This document shows, one piece after another, positions 10,442 to 20,992 of a DNA stretch of 64,000 nucleotides. The notes beneath the pieces were generated by a model, which worked only from the letters and a program-made list of their open reading frames with translations, did not search any database and had not been told where the DNA came from. Position numbers and translations under genes: made by a program. The first letter of the stretch is position 1. Each line of letters begins with the position of its first letter. Source of the stretch: an uncultured Marinoscillum sp. GTDB taxonomy: Bacteria; Bacteroidota; Bacteroidia; Cytophagales; MED-G16. The DNA lies in the NCBI GenBank assembly GCA_902529805.1, contig CABZXU010000001.1:126084-190083 (forward strand), given 5' to 3'.

Positions 10442-13400
10442 AAACTATTTAACTTGTAAAAATTTAACTCATTATCATTTACACCTAGTACAAATTTAGT
10501 TTTATTTTTATCCAAGTAAAACATTTTTTTTATTTCTCCTGTTACATTCAATCCACTTTTTTTTTGATCAACATAATCAAATGTCCCATCACCATTTCCT
10601 TTGAGGAGAATCCCATGATTTGCATCAAAAGAACCAAAGTATGTTGAAACAAAGTTTTTATTTCCAAAAATCAATAAATCTAATTTATTATCAGAATTAA
10701 AATCACAAGTTTCTATTACAGATATAGGTGAAGACTGTGCTATAATTGGTAATGGTTTTGCATCAAATTTTTTTCCATTGTTAAGAAAAACAAATGATTG
10801 AAATTCATTAGCAAATAATATTTTAGAATTATCTAACTGAGATTTTGAAAAAATACCCTTTATTTCTTGACCAGCAAAATTTTTAAAATATAAAAATTTT
10901 CTTTTTAAATAGTTTAATTGTTTTGTTATTTCATCTCTATCTGCCAAAGGATATTCTTTTCCATTTCTGATATAAGATACTATTTGCTCAAAGCTTTCAT
11001 TATTATCAAAATCATTGATATACATTTTAACTGGAAAGTTTACAGAAGGTTTAAATTTTATATTTAATCCGATATTTCCAGCGATTAAATCCATTAAACC
11101 ATCATTATTAACATCTGCTGATTTAATAGAAAACCACCAACCATTTTTATTTAAGCTGTAATTTTTATTATCCTCTATTAAAGAACCTTGAATGTTTTTA
11201 TAAAATTTTATATCAGACCAATCACCACATACAAAAAGATCCATCCATCCATCATTATCTATATCAACCCATGTTGCATCAGTAACCATTCCTTGATTTT
11301 CAAAAGTAATTTTATCATTTATCCAGAACTTTCCACTTCCATCATTTTCTAACAAATAATGTTTTGGTGGGAATCCATATTTTCCAGGAATACTTCTACC
11401 TCCTAAAAATAAATCTACATCTCCATCATTATCAAAATCAGAAGCCCTAACAATAGATCCATTTTGATAAATTTCGGGAAGGGAAAATGTATCTAATTCA
11501 TAAATTCCTTTATCATTTAAAATATATAATCTATCTCTTATACTTTTATACCTTAAAGGAAACTCATTACCGCCACTTACAACATATAAATCTAGATCCT
11601 TATCATTATCAGCATCAAAAAATAAAGCATCTACATCCTCCGACAAAGAATCATTATAGATTTCATGATTGTGAACCAAGCTAAAATTTCCATTATCAGA
11701 TCCCATAAAAATTCTTGATTTATTAAAAGAGGATGATCCTAAAAATATATCTTGGAAACCATCTAAATTAATATCAGCAACAGCAAGAGCTGGGCCTTCA
11801 TTGGATAGCATATATGGCATTAATGGTTCTCTATTAAAATCATTAAAAATATTTTCTTTATGGAAAATTTTTGGAGTTATTTTTTCAGTATAATCATTGA
11901 AAATAGGAATTTTACTTTTATGTTTAATTTTATTTTTTGACCTAGCATCTTTTTCATATAAATTCAAAATTTTATTTCCTTTTATTGAATATAATTTTTG
12001 GGCTTTACCTGAAGGCCATTGAACAAGCATTGAATCTATAACCTCATAGTTATTTAAACCAAAAACCAACCCAGGTGAAGTTGAAGACAAAAAACCTTTA
12101 TTAGCAAAATTTTCTTTATACAAAATTTTATTATCTGACCAAATAGTAACTTTTGATCCAATTCCATTTTTATTTAACTTATCACCAATAAAATTTATTG
12201 AAATAAAATTTCTTTCTGGATAAAATTCATTTGATCGATTTGAATAAATTTTTGCTTTTGAATTTATATTATTTAATATTAAATCTAGATCACCATCATT
12301 ATCGAGATCTGAATAAGTAGCCCCATTTGAATACCCCTCAAAGTCCAACCCCCAATTTTCACTTTCATCAGTAAAATTCAAATTACTATTATTTCTGAAA
12401 AGATAATTTGATACTTTTCCATCTGGCATTTGATCTATTAATTCTAGATTTGTTAGTTTAGTTTTATTATTTAAATTTCCGCTTATTTGATTATTTGAAA
12501 TAAAATTGATATAGTCCATATCATTAGGACGCTTTAAAATTCCATTAGAAATAAAAATATCATTCAAGCCATCTAAATCAAAATCTTGAATAAGTGTTGA
12601 CCAGCTCCAATCAGTTGCATGAATCCCTGTCAATTGAGCAATTTCAGCAAAATTATTGTTACCTAAATTTAATTGTAATGTATTTCTAGTAAACTGTTTG
12701 TTATAGCCAAACTCTAATTTCATCTTATATATCTCATATGAATCTTCACCGGCTGAACTTTTTAAAACAATTTCATCAGAAGGCAACATATCTAAAACTA
12801 AAATATCTAATAAACCATCATTATTTACATCTCCAATATCATTACCCATTGAAAATCTAGAGGTATGCCTTATATAGTCCTCTAAACTTTCGGAAAAAGT
12901 ACCGTCACAATTATTTATGTATAAATAGTCGTTTTCTCTAAAATCATTAGATATATAAATATCATCACACCCATCATTATTTATATCAGAAATCGATACA
13001 CCTAAACCATATCCTATGTTACTACCGAGTATTCCAGAACTTTCAGAAACATCAGTAAAAAAAGATTTACCATTTACAATATCATGCCTAAAAAGTTTAT
13101 CGCCGGATTTTAAATCTCTTTGAAATCTAATTTTTGAATTTCCATATGTAATTTCAGAATGAATAGAATGATTTAATAAGTACATATCTAAATCTCCATC
13201 TTTATCATAATCAAAAAAAGCAGAATGAGTAGAAAAACCCTCGAAATCTAAACCATAATCTTGTGCCATTTCAGTGAAGGTTAGATCCTTATTGTTTATG
13301 TATAATTGATTTTTTCCATTTATATTCTTATAACCGCCTAAACGGTTTTGATAAATATCTAAATACCCATCTCCATTAATATCGATCATTACAACCCCTG

Positions 13401-13731
13401 TTTTCCAAGCATCAGGAGATGATAAATTTGCTTTTTCTGTAATATCTTCAAAAATAAAATTTCCTTTATTGATATATAATTTATTTTCTTCTTGATTAGC
13501 AGATAAATATATATCATTCAATCCATCATTATTTATATCTCCTACAGCTACTCCACCACCATTATAAAAATATAGATACTCAATTAGATTAAATTCTTCA
13601 GTTTGATTAAGCTTATTTTCGAAAATGACATTACTCGATTTAGGATTAATTTCTTCAAAAAGCGTATCTTTTTTTGAGCATGATATTAATGCAATGAATA
13701 AAATTGTAATAGATAAATTTTTATTTTTCAC
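10438..13731 (-). CDS. FG-GAP/VCBS repeat + ASPIC/UnbV domain lipoprotein (CRTAC1-like), paralog 1
   Basis: 1097 aa with lipobox LISC. It has many Ca-binding-like repeats (GDINNDGLNDIYL, FFDYDKDGDLDMYLLN, DVNNDGLLDILV) and a central UnbV/ASPIC-like block (GSKVTIWSDNKILYKENFANKGFLSS). Confidence 0.8.
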   Translation of the reverse strand: MKNKNLSITILFIALISCSKKDTLFEEINPKSSNVIFENKLNQTEEFNLIEYLYFYNGGGVAVGDINNDGLNDIYLSANQEENKLYINKGNFIFEDITEKANLSSPDAWKTGVVMIDINGDGYLDIYQNRLGGYKNINGKNQLYINNKDLTFTEMAQDYGLDFEGFSTHSAFFDYDKDGDLDMYLLNHSIHSEITYGNSKIRFQRDLKSGDKLFRHDIVNGKSFFTDVSESSGILGSNIGYGLGVSISDINNDGCDDIYISNDFRENDYLYINNCDGTFSESLEDYIRHTSRFSMGNDIGDVNNDGLLDILVLDMLPSDEIVLKSSAGEDSYEIYKMKLEFGYNKQFTRNTLQLNLGNNNFAEIAQLTGIHATDWSWSTLIQDFDLDGLNDIFISNGILKRPNDMDYINFISNNQISGNLNNKTKLTNLELIDQMPDGKVSNYLFRNNSNLNFTDESENWGLDFEGYSNGATYSDLDNDGDLDLILNNINSKAKIYSNRSNEFYPERNFISINFIGDKLNKNGIGSKVTIWSDNKILYKENFANKGFLSSTSPGLVFGLNNYEVIDSMLVQWPSGKAQKLYSIKGNKILNLYEKDARSKNKIKHKSKIPIFNDYTEKITPKIFHKENIFNDFNREPLMPYMLSNEGPALAVADINLDGFQDIFLGSSSFNKSRIFMGSDNGNFSLVHNHEIYNDSLSEDVDALFFDADNDKDLDLYVVSGGNEFPLRYKSIRDRLYILNDKGIYELDTFSLPEIYQNGSIVRASDFDNDGDVDLFLGGRSIPGKYGFPPKHYLLENDGSGKFWINDKITFENQGMVTDATWVDIDNDGWMDLFVCGDWSDIKFYKNIQGSLIEDNKNYSLNKNGWWFSIKSADVNNDGLMDLIAGNIGLNIKFKPSVNFPVKMYINDFDNNESFEQIVSYIRNGKEYPLADRDEITKQLNYLKRKFLYFKNFAGQEIKGIFSKSQLDNSKILFANEFQSFVFLNNGKKFDAKPLPIIAQSSPISVIETCDFNSDNKLDLLIFGNKNFVSTYFGSFDANHGILLKGNGDGTFDYVDQKKSGLNVTGEIKKMFYLDKNKTKFVLGVNDNELNFYKLNSL

Positions 13732-13738
13732 TTATTGA

Positions 13739-16700
13739 TTATTGATTGTTTAACTGATAAGTTTGAATTTTTTCATCATTATTTAATACAAATAAATAAT
13801 TATCAATACTTAAAAAACCCCTTACCTGTCCAACAAAGTTTATTCCAGATTCAATAGAAGTCATTTTTTTAAATTTTCCATCTTTATCACCTAATAAGAG
13901 CAACCCATACTGAGCATCATACTTACCTACCTCTGGCTTAACTCTATACAAATTGCCTCCAATTAAAACATCTTTAAAAGAATCATTATTATAATCATCT
14001 ATACTTATTGCATTTGTTGTAGAAAATTGCACATCAACTGGAAGATCAACCTTCTTAAAATTAAGAGAATCATCATTAAAATATATTGACGTTTTAAGAT
14101 CAAATACCTTATTTATTATACTATTATTAATCTTTTCTTGATCAAAAATATCATTAATGGTTTGATTTTTATAATTTTCATATTTTAGATATTTCTTTTT
14201 TAAAATAGGCATTTGCATAACTAAGTCATGACGTAAAGAAAGAGGATAGGATTCATTCCCATTATACTGGAAAATAATTTGCTCAATATCTCCATTATCA
14301 TCAAAATCATTTACATACATTAAAATTGGTTTTTGTTTATCAGCCTTAAACCTTGAGTTTAAACCATGATTACCAACAACTAAATCTGGCAAAGAATCCC
14401 CATTAAAATCAGCGTATTCAATAACATTCCACCAACCATTCGAATATTTCAATGATGAATTCTCTGACTTAAAAAATTTCCCATTTCTATTTTCAAAAAT
14501 AGTAATTGGTTTCCAATGACCTATTATAATAAGATCCATATCTTTATCATTATCTATATCAATCCATTTAGCATCAGTAACCATTCCTATTTTATTTAAA
14601 CTTTCAGCTATTTCATTAGTGACATTAATAAAATTACCCTTTCCATCGTTTTTTAAAATGTAACTACTTGGTGATAGTCCATAATTTTGTGGGATTAATC
14701 TTATTCCAACAAACAAATCATTATCACCATCATTATCAAAATCTGAAACTTCAACTACCGAAGAGCTTTCAAACTTATCATTTGGTAAAATTTTATCTAT
14801 TTTCATGAAATCATTACTACCTGAATTAATATATAACCTATCAGCTAAACCAGTAGAAAATTCTGAAAATTCACTTCCCCCACTTGCAACATATAAATCT
14901 ATAAAATCATCATCATTAGCATAAAAAAATTCACAATCAATATCTTCTGAATTTTTATCTTTTTGAAAAACATTCAATTCTAATTTTTTAAACTTTCCGT
15001 TACGCTGTTGAACATATAATGCGCCAGGATACCCATAGGCTCCACCTATAAATACATCTTCTTTACCATCATTGTCTACATCACCTTTGCAAATGCATGG
15101 GCCTTCTGTAGAATTCATGTGAAAAAGAAGTCTATCTTTATCAAAATCCACATAATAATTTTCATTATGTTTATAATTAATTGGCCCTAAAGAATCAAGT
15201 TCAAAAAATAGTTTATTGTTTATTTCTTTTTCATAATCATATTTTTCTTCCAAATCTGTTTCAGAAAAAATAAGAGTTTGATCAACATCTAAATTTTTAA
15301 CTACTGAAATCTTATCAGATGGCCAAATAATATGCAATGAGTCTATTTTTTTATTTTTTCCTATTCCAAATAACAATCTATGATCAACCGTGGATTGAAA
15401 CCCTCTTATGGGCATTTGTTCTTTATAAAACTTTTCGCCATTGATGTATATTGTAACTTTAGCCCCTACCGCATAAGGATTATCTTCTTTACCATCAAGA
15501 ATCAGCCTTAAGAAATGATTTTCAGGATACATTTTATTGGAATTATTTTTATACAAAAACATATCCATATTTACATTATTAACTATAAGATCATAATCAC
15601 CATCATTATCTAGATCAGCATAAGCAGAACCATTTGAAAAACTTGGTTCATCCAAACCTAATTTTAATGAAAGATTCTCAAATTTTAAATCTCCTTTATT
15701 AATAAAACCATAGTTTGAAACTGGTTCTGAGGGAATATAACTAATAAGTGTTTTATAATCTACCTTATTTGCAGATGTGATTCTTTTTACAACTTCATCT
15801 TGAGTTACATACTGTAAAAAATCTTGATTAGTTAAATCCCTATAAATTCCATTTGCAACAAATATATCTTTTAAGCCATCGTTTTGAAAATCAAACATAA
15901 GAGCTCCCCAACTCCAATCGGTTGCTTCAACTCCCGCAAGTCTTCCTATTTCACTAAATGATTCTCCATAATTATTTAGCTGAAGGGTATTTCGAGTAAA
16001 CTGATGCCAGTAACCATTATTGAAACCATATTGATATCTATCCCAACTATCAAATGTAGTAACAGTTTTAACCCTATCATCAGGCTCTGGTAACATATCA
16101 GTAACAAAAATATCAGAATATCCATCATTATTTATATCTGCAAGATCTGCCCCCATAGATGCTGCACTTACACTTCTAATTTGTTTTTCTAATACTTCAT
16201 CAAATCCTCCATTTTTATTATTTATGTATAGATAATCTCTTTCAAAAAAATCATTAGAAACATAAATATCTAACCACCCATCTTTATCTATATCACCAAT
16301 CGTTACACCTAGGCCAAATCCAATCACGCTTCCATAAATACCAGCTTCTTCACTAACATCGATAAACTTTCCATCCATGTTTTTAAAAAGTTTATCTCCT
16401 CCTACAAAATCTCTTTTTGGCCTTTCATTTTTTTTTAAATTAAAGCTTCCAATTGCCTGATAAGAATTATTTAAAAGGTACATATCAAGATCGCCATCCT
16501 TATCATAATCAAAAAAAGCAGCATGGGTTGAAAACCCCATATCATCTAATCCAAATTCCTTAGCCCTTTCAGTAAAAGTTTGATCACCATTATTTATGAA
16601 TAATTCATTTTGTTTATTATCTCCCTCAATATCACCCGAATTGCACACATATATATCTAAGAAACCATCTGCATTAACATCTGCAATACTTACTCCAGTA

Positions 16701-17029
16701 CTCCAAGACTTCATTCCCCCAACACCAGCCTCATCAGTAATATCTTTAAATTTCATGTCGCCCAAATTAAGATAGAGCTTGTTAGAATTTAAGTTAGAGG
16801 TAAGATAAATATCAAGTAAATTATCATTATTAATATCAATAACGCCTACACCTCCCCCATTAAAGTAGTTTCTATACGTGAAAATATTAAAATCATCATC
16901 ATAGCTTAAATCATTTGAAAAATAAATTCCTGATTCTTTATTTGATAATTTTGAAAATAACTTTTCTTCTTTTTTATTGACACATGAAATAAAAATTATA
17001 AAAAAGAAAATATTTTTTTTCATCATCAA
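13739..17029 (-). CDS. FG-GAP/VCBS repeat + ASPIC/UnbV domain lipoprotein, paralog 2
   Basis: 1096 aa with lipobox FISC. It is collinear with paralogs 1 and 3 (FFDYDKDGDLDMYLLN, ATDWSWGALMFDFQNDGLKDIFVANGI, GAKVTIYINGEKFYKEQMPIRGFQS). Confidence 0.8.
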   Translation of the reverse strand: MMMKKNIFFFIIFISCVNKKEEKLFSKLSNKESGIYFSNDLSYDDDFNIFTYRNYFNGGGVGVIDINNDNLLDIYLTSNLNSNKLYLNLGDMKFKDITDEAGVGGMKSWSTGVSIADVNADGFLDIYVCNSGDIEGDNKQNELFINNGDQTFTERAKEFGLDDMGFSTHAAFFDYDKDGDLDMYLLNNSYQAIGSFNLKKNERPKRDFVGGDKLFKNMDGKFIDVSEEAGIYGSVIGFGLGVTIGDIDKDGWLDIYVSNDFFERDYLYINNKNGGFDEVLEKQIRSVSAASMGADLADINNDGYSDIFVTDMLPEPDDRVKTVTTFDSWDRYQYGFNNGYWHQFTRNTLQLNNYGESFSEIGRLAGVEATDWSWGALMFDFQNDGLKDIFVANGIYRDLTNQDFLQYVTQDEVVKRITSANKVDYKTLISYIPSEPVSNYGFINKGDLKFENLSLKLGLDEPSFSNGSAYADLDNDGDYDLIVNNVNMDMFLYKNNSNKMYPENHFLRLILDGKEDNPYAVGAKVTIYINGEKFYKEQMPIRGFQSTVDHRLLFGIGKNKKIDSLHIIWPSDKISVVKNLDVDQTLIFSETDLEEKYDYEKEINNKLFFELDSLGPINYKHNENYYVDFDKDRLLFHMNSTEGPCICKGDVDNDGKEDVFIGGAYGYPGALYVQQRNGKFKKLELNVFQKDKNSEDIDCEFFYANDDDFIDLYVASGGSEFSEFSTGLADRLYINSGSNDFMKIDKILPNDKFESSSVVEVSDFDNDGDNDLFVGIRLIPQNYGLSPSSYILKNDGKGNFINVTNEIAESLNKIGMVTDAKWIDIDNDKDMDLIIIGHWKPITIFENRNGKFFKSENSSLKYSNGWWNVIEYADFNGDSLPDLVVGNHGLNSRFKADKQKPILMYVNDFDDNGDIEQIIFQYNGNESYPLSLRHDLVMQMPILKKKYLKYENYKNQTINDIFDQEKINNSIINKVFDLKTSIYFNDDSLNFKKVDLPVDVQFSTTNAISIDDYNNDSFKDVLIGGNLYRVKPEVGKYDAQYGLLLLGDKDGKFKKMTSIESGINFVGQVRGFLSIDNYLFVLNNDEKIQTYQLNNQ

Positions 17030-17592
17030 ATCTTTTGATTAATAATTTTAGAAACTGATAAGTCAGTAAATCTAACTCTAACATCTCTATCGTCAATAAT
17101 AGAAATTGTTATTCTTCTATTTCCTTGGACCATTACATATAATTTTTTATCATTTTCACCTTCAACAGCTAGGAAAGAACCTCCATACCAAGATTCTAAA
17201 AGTTGCTTAACATCTTCTAATAAAAAACTAGAAAACCTATCACGATTCCATGGGGCCCAACCCACATAAGAAAAAGTAGAAAGCATCATATAAACTTTAT
17301 TTTCATGAAATTTAGGATAAAATAACATTTCAGTATCATACCTAACCCCTTCTTTAATCAAATATTTTACAGAAGAATTTGAAGGGCCCTCTTTTACAAT
17401 TTCCTGTTTATTCAGTTCCCAGCATCTATCGTAAAATTCTTTTGATGTCATACCAAAGTGTAGATCAAAAAAAATAGAATCATTTCTTATACCGCTATTT
17501 AGTTCTCTTTTCTCTATATCATAATAAGAATGCTTACAAGCATAAAGAAAAAGGAAAATGAAAACTGAAAAAATATAAAATTTAACTTTCAT
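17026..17592 (-). CDS. Hypothetical lipoprotein
   Basis: 188 aa with lipobox LYAC. It has 4-nt overlaps with both flanking giant genes, suggesting translational coupling. I recognise no family. Confidence 0.6.
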   Translation of the reverse strand: MKVKFYIFSVFIFLFLYACKHSYYDIEKRELNSGIRNDSIFFDLHFGMTSKEFYDRCWELNKQEIVKEGPSNSSVKYLIKEGVRYDTEMLFYPKFHENKVYMMLSTFSYVGWAPWNRDRFSSFLLEDVKQLLESWYGGSFLAVEGENDKKLYVMVQGNRRITISIIDDRDVRVRFTDLSVSKIINQKI

Positions 17593-20500
17593 TGATTTAA
17601 TTTAAAAATTTTTAAAGAATCATTATTTAACGCAAAAATAAAATTTTCTTCTTTTTTTCTTTTTATTTTAATAATATCTCTTAACTGCCCTCTAATAAAT
17701 ATTCCAGATTTCTTATTATCTAAATATTTAAAATTTCCTTTTCCATCACCCAGATATGTAGACACATAACTCGCGTCATGGATTCCTATTTCAGGTTTTA
17801 TTTTATATTGATTTCCTCCCATTATTATGTCCTTGTTTCCATCTAAATTAATATCATCCAAAATTATCGCATATACTGGAGAAAATTGAGATTGAGAAGG
17901 AAGATCAATTTCAGAAAAATTAATCCCTTTATTATTTATCCATAGAGAAGTATTAAGTTTATATGTATATAGCTTAAGAGATGAATTTAATACATCTTCT
18001 TCGAATAAGTCAAAAAGCTTTTCATTTTTGTAATTCTCAAATTTTAAATATTTCTTTTTTAAACTAGGTATTTGCATCCATAAATCCTTCAATTGAACAA
18101 TTGGATATAAACTTTCATTTCTATACATTCCAAGAATTTGCTCTACAGTACCATTATTGTCAAAATCATTAACTAACATCGTAAGCGGATATTTTTGACT
18201 TGCTTTTAGTCTTGAGTTTAAACCATAATTTCCAATTATAATATCATAAAATCCATCATTATTAAAGTCAGAAACTTCAATTGTGTGATTCCAACCATTA
18301 GTTTTATCAAAACCATATTCGATAGATCTATCAACCAAACTATCTCCAACATTGATAAAAACTTTTATTGGCATCCATTCTCCAACAACTATCAAATCAT
18401 CGTCATTATCATTATCTAAATCTACCCACTTTGAATCGGTAACCATTCCTAAAAATTTTAAAGAAGTAGCAATAGAGTCTGATTGATCTGAAAAAACACC
18501 TTTTCCATTATTAGTAAATAAAAAACTACTAGCAGGAAGTCCATAGATATTAGGTTCAAGCCTTCCTCCTACAAATAAATCATAATCTCCATCTTTATCA
18601 AAATCAGAATATGACACAGTAGAAGTACTTTGAAATGGCATTCCTATAGGAAATGTTTGTTGTGATTTTATAAATTTACCATTTCCATAACCAAAATATA
18701 ATCTATCAAATAAATCTGTAGAAAATTCATTGAATTCATTCCCTCCACTAGTTACATAAATATCATTTTTCCCATCATTATTTGCATCAAAAATAACGCA
18801 ATCTGTATCCTCAGAGTTTTTATTAGACTCAAATGGTTTTTCTATTTTATCAAACTGACCATTAGGTTTTTGTATAAATATAGCTGATGTGGACCCTTTT
18901 GAATTACCAACAAAAAAATCTTCTAAAGAATCTAAATTAATATATCCTTTACATAAACAAGGCGTTTCATTTGAGTTCATTGTAAATAAAAGTCTTTGTC
19001 TATCAAAATCAACAAAATCGTTTTCTTTATGAACAAAATCAATACCATAATCATCAATTTTTTCATTAAATAAAACTCTTTTAGTTAGATGAGTTTTTTC
19101 TTGAGTTTTTTTATTTGAATTTATTTGATTTATATAAATATTCTGATTGGTATTTACATTCGTCAATAAACTTTCATTTTGATTAGGCCATATAATTTTA
19201 ATGGTATCTATACTAGACAAAGTATCCAAACCAAAAAATAACCTATATTCCACAGAAGATTGAAATCCTCTCATTGGATTTAGCTCTTGATAATATATTC
19301 TATTATTATGCTTGAGTATAACTTTAGATCCAATAGCTTTTGAGTTTTTTCCCTCACCTACTAAGCTAAAAGACAAGAAATTATTTTCTGAATTAAATTT
19401 TTCGGAAAGATTTTCGTAAACAAAGGAATTCATATTTACATTATTTAAAACCAAGTCAAGATCACCATCATTATCCAAATCACCATAGGCTGATCCATTA
19501 GAAAAAGTAGGTTCAGAAAAACCATATTCATCACTTACATCACTAAAGCTGAGATCACCTAAATTTTTAAAAGCAAAATTAGGAATAGGTTCACTAGGAA
19601 TCATATCAATTAACTTAGTTATAACATTGTTTTCTGTTTTAATCATATTTGAAATAATAGATGGATTAGCCATAAAATTAACATAATCCTGATCTAACAA
19701 ATCTTTGTATATGCCATTCGCAACAAAAATATCTTTAAAGCCATCCTTATCCATATCGAATATCAATGCACCCCAACTCCAATCTGTAGCATCTACTCCA
19801 GCAATTCTAGAAATATCAGAAAAAGAGTTATTGCCATTATTTAATTGCAATACATTTCTACTAAATTGGTGATAGTAACCCTGCCCAAGAGAAAACTGAT
19901 ACTTATCCCAACTATCGTAAACTGTTTTAGACATAATTCTATCATGACGAATAGGAAGCATTTCCGTTACAAATATTTCACTATTTCCATCGTTATTAAT
20001 ATCAGACATATCTGCGCCCATGGACCCCATTGATAATTCAGTCATATAGTCTTCTAAAGACTCTTTAAAGGTTCCATCTTGATTATTTATGTATAAATAA
20101 TCTTTTTCAAAAAAATCATTAGAAACATAAATATCAGGCCAATCATCTAGATTCACATCACCAATTGTCACGCCTAAACCAAAACCTATTGCACTAGTAT
20201 ATATACCTGATTCTTCAGATACATCTACAAAAAAATCATTTTCGTTTCTATATAATTTATTGCCACCAAATTTATTTGGAATATTTCTTTGGTCTTTTAT
20301 TAAATCAAAACCAACTCCAACAGAGCGAATAGTATTATTAAGTAAATAACAATCCAAATCTCCGTCTTTATCATAGTCAAAAAAAGCAGCGTGGGTAGAA
20401 AGACCATTATTATCTAGTCCATATTGTTTTGATGTTTCAGTAAATGTTAAATCACCATTATTTATAAATAATTCGTTATGCCTATTATTATTATTAGAGG

Positions 20501-20900
20501 GAGGACCAGATTTGCAAACATAAATATCTAAATAACCATCATGATTTATATCAACCATACTAACACCAGTACTCCAAACATTATCACTTGTAATTCCAGC
20601 AGATTGAGAAATATCTTGAAATTCAAAATTTCCTTTATTTAAATATAATTTGTTTGAAACTAGATTTCCTGTAAAGAAAATATCAGGTAAAGAATCATTA
20701 TTGATATCGCCAATTCCCACGCCACCTCCATTATAAAAGTTTCTATATGTATAAGGATTAAGCTCTTCAGTATATGAAAGATTATTTTTAAAATTTATGC
20801 CAGAATAAGAAGATTTAATTTTCTTAAATAAAAAACTATCCTTCTCTTCAGTTATACATGAAGAAGTTAAAATCAAAAGAAAAACAATAAAAACTCTCAC
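17589..20900 (-). CDS. FG-GAP/VCBS repeat + ASPIC/UnbV domain lipoprotein, paralog 3
   Basis: 1103 aa with a GTG start and lipobox TSSC. It carries FFDYDKDGDLDCYLLN, ATDWSWGALIFDMDKDGFKDIFVANGI and GSKVILKHNNRIYYQELNPMRGFQS. Confidence 0.8.
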   Translation of the reverse strand: MRVFIVFLLILTSSCITEEKDSFLFKKIKSSYSGINFKNNLSYTEELNPYTYRNFYNGGGVGIGDINNDSLPDIFFTGNLVSNKLYLNKGNFEFQDISQSAGITSDNVWSTGVSMVDINHDGYLDIYVCKSGPPSNNNNRHNELFINNGDLTFTETSKQYGLDNNGLSTHAAFFDYDKDGDLDCYLLNNTIRSVGVGFDLIKDQRNIPNKFGGNKLYRNENDFFVDVSEESGIYTSAIGFGLGVTIGDVNLDDWPDIYVSNDFFEKDYLYINNQDGTFKESLEDYMTELSMGSMGADMSDINNDGNSEIFVTEMLPIRHDRIMSKTVYDSWDKYQFSLGQGYYHQFSRNVLQLNNGNNSFSDISRIAGVDATDWSWGALIFDMDKDGFKDIFVANGIYKDLLDQDYVNFMANPSIISNMIKTENNVITKLIDMIPSEPIPNFAFKNLGDLSFSDVSDEYGFSEPTFSNGSAYGDLDNDGDLDLVLNNVNMNSFVYENLSEKFNSENNFLSFSLVGEGKNSKAIGSKVILKHNNRIYYQELNPMRGFQSSVEYRLFFGLDTLSSIDTIKIIWPNQNESLLTNVNTNQNIYINQINSNKKTQEKTHLTKRVLFNEKIDDYGIDFVHKENDFVDFDRQRLLFTMNSNETPCLCKGYINLDSLEDFFVGNSKGSTSAIFIQKPNGQFDKIEKPFESNKNSEDTDCVIFDANNDGKNDIYVTSGGNEFNEFSTDLFDRLYFGYGNGKFIKSQQTFPIGMPFQSTSTVSYSDFDKDGDYDLFVGGRLEPNIYGLPASSFLFTNNGKGVFSDQSDSIATSLKFLGMVTDSKWVDLDNDNDDDLIVVGEWMPIKVFINVGDSLVDRSIEYGFDKTNGWNHTIEVSDFNNDGFYDIIIGNYGLNSRLKASQKYPLTMLVNDFDNNGTVEQILGMYRNESLYPIVQLKDLWMQIPSLKKKYLKFENYKNEKLFDLFEEDVLNSSLKLYTYKLNTSLWINNKGINFSEIDLPSQSQFSPVYAIILDDINLDGNKDIIMGGNQYKIKPEIGIHDASYVSTYLGDGKGNFKYLDNKKSGIFIRGQLRDIIKIKRKKEENFIFALNNDSLKIFKLNQ

Positions 20901-20922
20901 TTGTAAAAATTATTGTAAATAT

Positions 20923-20955
20923 AAAAAAAAAGCAAGCGGTAAAAATACCGCTTGC
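20923..20955 (-). terminator. Intrinsic terminator/attenuator after susD
   Basis: Read on the minus strand: a 9-bp stem GCAAGCGGT/ACCGCTTGC (20932-20940 and 20947-20955) with a 6-nt loop, followed by a U9 run (plus-strand A-run 20923-20931). It lies 38 nt after the susD stop and 22 nt before the GTG start at 20900. Confidence 0.75.
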
Positions 20956-20992
20956 TTAATATATGCAACATAAAGTTTAAAACTTTATACTA

